Below are positions 58,017 to 64,000 of a stretch of DNA of 64,000 nt, in pieces. The notes below the pieces were generated by a model that saw only the letters and a list, made by a program, of their open reading frames with translations, had not been told where the DNA came from and did no database searches. How positions within the stretch are numbered: position 1 is the stretch's first letter; the number at the start of each line of letters is the position of its first letter. Made by a program: the position numbers and the translations under genes. This DNA comes from Candidatus Poribacteria bacterium (GTDB lineage Bacteria > Poribacteria > WGA-4E > WGA-3G). Location: positions 172-64,171 of the forward strand of contig JAJDWI010000112.1 of NCBI GenBank assembly GCA_022825665.1. The letters run 5' to 3'.

Positions 58017-58258
58017 AGTGCTTGCTTAGGGATTCCCTGATGATTCCCTAAATTCTGTTGCTTATTCGGTGATGGCGTGCTATCCTATTTACTATATTTC
58101 AGACAGTTTCTACCAATTTTATTTTGAGCACTTAGTAATATATACGATTGATCGGGTATTAATAATTGATATTTGATAATAGACCTATATCTGAAGTCAA
58201 TGACCAAGATTTGAATGAGGATTAAGTAAATATTTCGGTAATTCTAATTTTCCCAAAC

Positions 58259-58331
58259 CCGGTAGGTGCGGTTTCCTAACCGCACTGGATCTTTTTCCAA
58301 AATTACCGAATTAATAAATTAATCTTCAAAT
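58259..58331. repeat. repeat module F (gtgcggtttcctaaccgcac hairpin + attaccgaattaataaattaatcttcaaat)
   Basis: Collinear with 24005-24070. Confidence 0.75.
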
Positions 58332-58365
58332 AAATCTTATCGGTAACCAAGAGGAGAATTTATGG

Positions 58366-58884
58366 GTTGATTTCAAGAAACATCATTATCATGGATATAA
58401 AACTGACCACGAAATATATAAACGTGAGATATGCAAAGATGTTTCGGCAATGGCTAACGCTGCAGAAGGATATATCCTTATTGGTGTTGATGAAGAAAAC
58501 AAGATCGCTCAAAGATTTGTTGACATCCCTGATGCAGAAAGTAAAGCACAAAGCATCTACAATATTTGTCATCAACATATAGTTCCACGCATCGCAAAAT
58601 TAGAGGTAAAACCATACACTTTGAGATATCTGGGTAATGAGTTCAACCTTATAATTATCCATATTCCTTTTAGTGAAATTCGTCCTCATGGTTTTGCTTC
58701 AAATGGAACGCTCAACTTTGTAAAACGGTATGGGGATACTACAAGAGAATTTCAGATGTTAGAGTTCATTCCTGAACTTTTAGCACGACATCCATTGCCA
58801 TTCATAGAAGACATTAGCGGAAGGTTAGACCGAATTGAAAGTCAAACGGCAGATATATTAAAGGAAATCGGAGGGAACAAATGA
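58366..58884 (+). CDS. AlbA_2 (Schlafen-like, putative nucleic-acid-binding) domain protein; start displaced by a 1-nt frameshift
   Basis: VDFKKHHY...ICKDVSAMANAAEGYILIGVDE...IIIHIPFSEIRPH...VKRYGDTTREF fits the AlbA_2 pattern. The only RBS-linked ATG (58362, RBS gaggag) is one base out of frame. Confidence 0.55.
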   Translation, partial: VDFKKHHYHGYKTDHEIYKREICKDVSAMANAAEGYILIGVDEENKIAQRFVDIPDAESKAQSIYNICHQHIVPRIAKLEVKPYTLRYLGNEFNLIIIHIPFSEIRPHGFASNGTLNFVKRYGDTTREFQMLEFIPELLARHPLPFIEDISGRLDRIESQTADILKEIGGNK

Positions 58885-59607
58885 ATGTACTTTCGTCAAG
58901 ATATAATGCTTTTGTTAAATCTATATCTGACCAACCCTATTACCACATTTGTGCGTTACCCGTTGCAACCAATCGGAATGTAGTATCTACCGAAGAACAA
59001 CGTATACGCAATATTTTACGTAAACCCCCAAATAAACGTTGGGCAGGATTTGGGGTTACAGGACTATGGGAACAGGAAGTGTCTCAATTAGAAAACGGTA
59101 TAAATGGACGCAATATTACTGGAGGGCAGATTACTTTATTAGAGGATGGATATTTTGAAGTAAAATGTCCTATATGTATCCAATTTCAAAGAGGATGGGG
59201 TTCCCCCACAATTCGCAATTCCTAACTCTGTAAAATGGTTATACCCGTATGTCGTTATTGAGTTTCCTGTATCATTCATGCGTTTAGTGAAAGTAATATA
59301 TGATGAATCTGGTATTGAATCTGACGTGTTCATACAACAGAGTTACCATAATATAAAAGGATATGCGTTACCAGAGGGTCCGCCCACTTATCCTACATTT
59401 GGAGCGTTCTTGGATGAAAGAGGAGTATATGAAAAAGCAGACCCCATTAAATCTAAACAACAGATTCATGCCAAAGAATGGATGTGCGTAGATTTTATCC
59501 CCGACCATGTCGCTTACGCTTTAGTGGCAGACGTGTATGCGAAATTTGGATTAAATGCTAATGCCATTCCTGCGTTTGATGAAGATGGGAAATTTATTTT
59601 AGAATAG
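58881..59607 (+). pseudogene. hypothetical protein split by a +1 frameshift in a C5 run (59203-59207)
   Basis: The ATG overlaps the upstream stop (atga). The frame of ORF 59278-59607 is open from 59164. Removing one C gives a continuous ...QRGWGSPQFAIPNSVKWLYPYVVIEFPVSFMRLVKV... Confidence 0.5.
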
Positions 59608-59636
59608 TTATCTGTAATGGTATATAGAAATTTAAT

Positions 59637-61031
59637 ATGCACAAGGAGACAAGAACCCCCTCATCAATATACGCTCCCGGTGCTGTACTCTTAATCTCCT
59701 GTTATGAACTCGGGCACCGACCAATAGGACTAACGCGCCCTCTTCGCGCACTTGAAAGTGCAGGATTTTCACCCGATACTATTGACATTGCAGTCGAAAC
59801 CTTAGATACAGAAAAGGTCAGTTGTGCAGAGTTTATCGGTATCTCTGTCCCGATGCATACTGCCTTACGACTCGGTGTTCACCTACTCCAACGAATTCGT
59901 GAACTCAACCCAGATGTTCCAATTTGCATGTATGGACTCTACGCGGAACTCAATGCCGACTACCTACTCTCACACGGGGTTGACTATTGCATCAGTGGTG
60001 AAACGTCTACGCAACTCGTTGCGTTAGTACAATCCCTTGTTGAAAAACAACAGACATCTCAGGTAACAATCAATAGTGGAAAACTCCCTACTTTAGAAAA
60101 ATACGCACAATTTGAAGATAACGATGAGGTGCGAACCGTCGGCTATACTGAGACAACGCATGGATGCAAGCATCTTTGCACGCACTGCCCTATTCCTCCT
60201 ATCTATAACGGCAGGTTCTTTCCATTACAACGCGATACTGTATTAGACGAAATTCAGAAACAGGTAGCAGAAGGTGCTACGCATATCACATTTGGTGATC
60301 CAGATTTCCTCAATGGACCGATGCACGGACTCCGTATCCTCCGCGCAATGTATGATTTCTACCCCGACCTTACTTATGACTTTACAACCAAAATTGAGCA
60401 TATTCTAAAACATAAAAAACATTTTCCGGAATTTGCTCAACTCGGATGCCGATTTATCATTTCTGCTGTAGAATCTCTCAGCGAGACAGTGTTAACGATT
60501 TTGGAAAAACACCACACTCGTGCAGATGTTGAAACCGCACTTGAGATCGTTCACGGTGCCGGCATTGCATTACGTCCAACATGGGTGCCGTTCACCCCGT
60601 GGACAACCTTAGACGACTATCTTGAAATCCTTGAATTCGTCAACACACACCGACTTGTCTATCATGTAGATCCTATACAATATGCCGTTCGGTTGCTCAT
60701 TCCACCCGGTTCATATCTGCTTAACCGACCCGAAACAAAGGTACTTGACCTCACACTTGATCAAACTGCCTTTAGTTATATGTGGACACATCCAGACGCA
60801 CGCCTGGATGAACTTCACAAAACGGTCAATACACTTGTAGAAAAAGACGCACGAAACGGTGTTGATACGAAGGACACTTTTTATCGGATATGGGAACTTG
60901 CCGCAGATATGAAAGGACAACCTATACCGAAACGAAGGAATGTATCATATTTACCCGCGCCCCGTATTACAGAAGCATGGTTCTGCTGAGCGGAACCAAC
61001 CGAAGGGCAGTTTGCTCCGATTCATGTCTAA
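59637..61031 (+). CDS. B12-binding-like/radical SAM protein with CUAEP tail (probable selenoprotein; TGA 60987-60989 read as Sec)
   Basis: Radical SAM motif CKHLCTHC. The ORF-caller stop TGA directly follows ...EAWFC and is followed in frame by AEPTEGQFAPIHV, then TAA at 61029-61031. Confidence 0.7.
60988..61019 (+). promoter_or_regulatory. tentative SECIS-like stem-loop immediately 3' of the UGA
   Basis: Hand pairing: gagcgga (60988-60994) with tttgctc (61011-61017), including two G-U pairs. Not folded computationally. Confidence 0.25.
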
Positions 61032-61063
61032 TACCCAATTAACGAGATTTATCTTGTTTTTCG

Positions 61064-61283
61064 ACGGTAGGTGGGGAATACTAAAAAGCATTCATACCGT
61101 TGATTTAGCGGTTTCCTAACCAATGCAGAATGCCATAAGTGCATTCTGCCGAAACCAAGGAACTATCCGTAGGGGCGAGGTTTACTCGCCCGTGCAAACA
61201 AGACGAATTAGGTTAATTTGGTACTATACATTATCCTAAGAATATACTGTTTGTAGTCGCGCAACTCATTATACATCTCATCT
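61064..61283. repeat. cluster of repeat modules (E, F-variant, hairpin gcagaatgc/gcattctgc, B, MITE right-end variant, A remnant)
   Basis: gcattcataccgttgattt, gcggtttcctaacc, gtaggggcgaggtttactcgcccgtgcaaacaagacgaattaggttaatttggta, and tttgtagtcgcgcaactcatt. Confidence 0.7.
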
Positions 61284-61332
61284 TTATCAGAATTACTAAA
61301 AACTCAAAACTACCAAGAAACAACCCCACCTA

Positions 61333-61606
61333 TGAAACATACATGAAAGCTATTGGATATATATTGTTCAAAATTTAATAAAACCTTCCAACATACAAAA
61401 TCACATGTTATAATACGACCACTATGAAAAACAAAAAACCACACGCAACCCATACATTTCCACAAAACAGACCAACCAACACCCAAAAAATGTCCACACA
61501 AAAACTGACCATACCTAAGCAAACCAAAAACGAACCAAAATTGAAAATTTCAAAAATTTACAAAAACCCTATAAACCCAGATACAGACTGGCATAACCCC
61601 AAAAAC
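61333..61606 (+). other. strongly A/C-skewed non-coding tract (possible CA-rich RNA), homologue of 42049-42290
   Basis: The plus strand is almost devoid of G/T runs. aaaaacgaaccaaaa is repeated. The tract ends at the 16-bp hairpin 61607-61652. Confidence 0.3.
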
Positions 61607-61660
61607 AAAAACGAACCAAAAACCGAAAAACACCCGTTTTTGGTTCGTTTTTAAAAGGAG
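61607..61660 (+). terminator. 16-bp perfect inverted repeat with T-tract (terminator-like)
   Basis: aaaaacgaaccaaaaa (61607-61622) pairs with tttttggttcgttttt (61637-61652), with a 14-nt loop. Confidence 0.5.
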
Positions 61661-61670
61661 CAAAAACCAA

Positions 61671-62064
61671 CCATAAGCGTCAATTTTAGGAAGAGATGTG
61701 TTTGTAGTCGCGCAATTCATTGCGCCTCGGACATTCTCGTAGGGACGAGGTCTCCTCGCCCGTATTCTCTCTCATACAGTCCTGTAGGTCGGAACGAGCA
61801 AAGTGACCTCCGACATGTATTCTGTCTGAACCAGGATTTTCAGGATTATAGGATTTTCAGGATAAGAGATTTATATACCAATGTTCCTTTGCAAAAGGTA
61901 GTCCTTCATCCTGGACAACGGAATATATACTTACCAATTCCTAATCCTGTCCATCTTGTAATCCCGGGGAATGCCAAAAGGCATTCATACCGTTGATTTG
62001 GTAAATCCTGGTTCAGACAACAAGCAATTCAGACAGGTAAGAATCACTAAATTGACGCTTATAG
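61671..62064. repeat. second copy of the composite nested repeat (TIRs ccataagcgtcaatttt / taaattgacgcttatag) with inverted core
   Basis: Collinear with 23669-24006, except that the ~79-nt core (61864-61941) is the reverse complement of 23842-23920, and an E module is inserted at 61965-62001. Confidence 0.8.
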
Positions 62065-62316
62065 TGTGGTTTCTTATATGCACCGAGTACATCTGTGGGA
62101 AATAGATAATGGTTGAGTCTCAGGTATTTACTATTTTTTGCGAGTTTCTGAGGGAATGTAATTCATAGAAAAAGTATTTCAATTGTAATTTGGAACAACC
62201 CAGAAGGGCGAAATGTGTATAAATTCTAACTTGTCTGGATGTTAGGCGTTTTCACAACATTCTAAGAGAAGTTTCAAAACTGTCCAAACTATAGTCAACA
62301 CTAACAAGGAAAAAAT

Positions 62317-63006
62317 ATGTCAAAACAATTACAAGAACTACTTGACTTAGAAACTGCACCTATTGCAGTAACATTCCACGAGGCACAACCTGATGGTGTT
62401 TCCCGTGTGGAAAAAGTTGAAGCATCAGGTTGCACCTATTGGAAACGCGCATCAGAAGGGAACACCTTCTACACAGAAGCATCCGACCACTACAACTGTC
62501 CAATAGGATGTTATACCCATAATGTCGAACTACCCGATGCACAAATGAAGGAGTTGGAAAACACACTCGGTCTAATGGGTGAACTCGGTTATATTAGTAT
62601 GGATGAAGTCCCCGGTATTCCTCGTCAAGAAAATACATTTCAAAACGCAGTCTACTCCCCATTAGCAGACACGCAAGACATACCGGATGTTGTTATTATC
62701 TCAGGCACGCCAAAGCAGATGATGCTTTTAGTTGAAGCCGCGACCGCTGCAGGAATAGAGATGGAAAAAGGTCTCATGGGAAGACCAACCTGTGCAGTTA
62801 TACCTGCCGTTATTCAGTCTGATGGAGGCGCAAGTAGTCTGGGATGCATCGGCAACCGAGTTTATACTGCACTCGCTGACGATGATTTCTACTTAGCTTT
62901 CCCAGGCAACCATATTGGTGCTATTATTGATAAGTTAGAGACAATTGTGAATGCAAACCATGCATTAGAGGAGTATCATCAGCAACGGAAAGAGGAATCT
63001 AAATGA
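62317..63006 (+). CDS. DUF169 domain protein
   Basis: 229 aa. PIAVTF...SGCTYWKRASEG..FYT...HYNCPIG resembles DUF169 as I recall it. Confidence 0.6.
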   Translation: MSKQLQELLDLETAPIAVTFHEAQPDGVSRVEKVEASGCTYWKRASEGNTFYTEASDHYNCPIGCYTHNVELPDAQMKELENTLGLMGELGYISMDEVPGIPRQENTFQNAVYSPLADTQDIPDVVIISGTPKQMMLLVEAATAAGIEMEKGLMGRPTCAVIPAVIQSDGGASSLGCIGNRVYTALADDDFYLAFPGNHIGAIIDKLETIVNANHALEEYHQQRKEESK

Positions 63007-63788
63007 AATACGTTGCTGTAATTACCGGTGCCGCAAGTGGCATCGGACGCGGTATGGCAGAACGGTTCGCCGCAGAAGGAATGGCAGTTGTCCTTGCAGA
63101 TATTGAGGAAGAACCTTTAGCCAAACTTGAGGCAGACCTACGGACTAAAGGCGCAACCGTCCTTGCTGTCAAAACAGATGTCTCAAACGCAGCCGATGTT
63201 GAAAACCTTGCAGGGCAAACGTTAGACGCTTATGGTACTGTGCATATCCTGTGCAACAACGCAGGTGTAGTCTGTAGCCGTCCAATCTGGGAACATACAC
63301 CCGCCGATTGGGAATGGGTTTTAGGTGTCAACCTTTGGGGTGTAATTCATGGTATCAGGGCATTTGTACCACGTATGCTAAAGCAAGAAACCAAATGTCA
63401 TATTGTGAACACTGCTTCTATACTCGGTTTAGTCCGAGGTCCAGGTGAAGGCATCTATAAAGTCAGTAAACACGGTGTCGTCGCGCTTTCGGAAACCCTT
63501 GCAGATGAGTTAGCACAAAAAGGTTCACAAATTCAGGTGCATGTGTTGTGTCCCGGTTGGGTGCGCACAGGTATACTCAATTCCTCACGTAACCGACCAG
63601 ATGTTGAATTACATCATCAAAGTGTTACTGATTCACGGAATGTCCGTGCTGAAATGGAGGCTGGGATGTCTCCTGCCGAAGTGGCTGATCACGTTTACAA
63701 CGCAATTCAGACAGATACATTCTATATTCACACACACCCTGAACATAAAGCGTGGATCCGCGCACGTATGGAAGGTATTCTCGGTTAG
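63003..63788 (+). CDS. SDR family oxidoreductase
   Basis: VITGAASGIGRG, NNAG and YKVSKHG. The start overlaps the upstream stop (atga). Confidence 0.85.
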   Translation: MKYVAVITGAASGIGRGMAERFAAEGMAVVLADIEEEPLAKLEADLRTKGATVLAVKTDVSNAADVENLAGQTLDAYGTVHILCNNAGVVCSRPIWEHTPADWEWVLGVNLWGVIHGIRAFVPRMLKQETKCHIVNTASILGLVRGPGEGIYKVSKHGVVALSETLADELAQKGSQIQVHVLCPGWVRTGILNSSRNRPDVELHHQSVTDSRNVRAEMEAGMSPAEVADHVYNAIQTDTFYIHTHPEHKAWIRARMEGILG

Positions 63789-63801
63789 TTTATGTTACTC
63801 T

Positions 63802-63840
63802 ATCTGTTTTATATAAACGAATCTAAACAGATTTTATTTT
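63802..63840 (+). terminator. rho-independent terminator candidate
   Basis: Stem atctgttt (63802-63809) pairs with aaacagat (63825-63832), followed by tttatttt. Confidence 0.5.
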
Positions 63841-63846
63841 AGGAGA

Positions 63847-63893
63847 AACTAATCCTGGTAATCCTATAATCCTGAAAATCTTGGTTCTGACAA
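63847..63893. repeat. right-end fragment of the cctggttcagaca MITE family
   Basis: aaactaatcctggtaatcctataatcctgaaaatcttggttctgacaa. Confidence 0.6.
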
Positions 63894-64000
63894 AAAACCA
63901 CATATCTATACCTCTGCATTGCCGTTGACAAAATCAACTTTTTTATTGTATACTATTTTTAATAGACAAGACTTACGCATAAACGGTAGGCGGGGAATGC

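Noticed and set aside
61424-61654. 76-aa K/N/P/T-rich ORF in the A/C-rich tract.
   Set aside because: Its composition simply mirrors the A/C skew, its end is formed by the hairpin arm, and it has no convincing RBS. I treat it as non-coding, though a tiny basic protein cannot be excluded.

Overview
A 64-kb bacterial chromosomal window with roughly fifty protein genes. I saw no rRNA, tRNA or CRISPR array by eye. The gene content includes two formylglycine-type sulfatases, three Gfo/Idh/MocA oxidoreductases, two PhyH dioxygenases and sugar-acid enzymes. It also includes a dockerin/PSCyt-like secreted protein and ankyrin, TPR and WD40 proteins. This mix resembles a PVC-/Poribacteria-like heterotroph, possibly host-associated, but that is inference only. 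Main points: (1) The radical SAM gene at 59637 does not end at the ORF-caller stop. TGA 60987-60989 is followed in frame by AEP..., giving a C-U-A-E-P tail, so this is a probable selenoprotein. (2) Two paralogous Rieske-domain proteins with a large unassigned C-terminal domain bracket an ankyrin-repeat gene (28.1-33.1 kb). (3) A tightly packed cluster (33.4-36.6 kb) holds a WD40 gene, two truncated PolX-N-terminal-like HhH proteins and two MORN-variant/zinc-ribbon proteins. (4) Two cis-fused MNT nucleotidyltransferase/HepT-like HEPN proteins are present. One is translationally coupled to an orphan CoxE-type vWA protein, the other sits just upstream of a 647-aa polytopic membrane protein that has a second paralogue in the window. 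(5) Three tandem paralogous small membrane proteins lie at 2.5-4.3 kb. (6) Almost every long intergenic region holds a modular network of nested MITE/REP-like palindromic repeats. This includes a ~340-390-bp composite element present twice with its central core inverted. (7) There are several decayed or interrupted genes: two in-frame TAGs, two +1 homopolymer frameshifts and two TnpB remnants. All calls come from reading the sequence and recalling family motifs. No searches or folding were run. Repeat boundaries are approximate (a few nt), and identity estimates are by eye.
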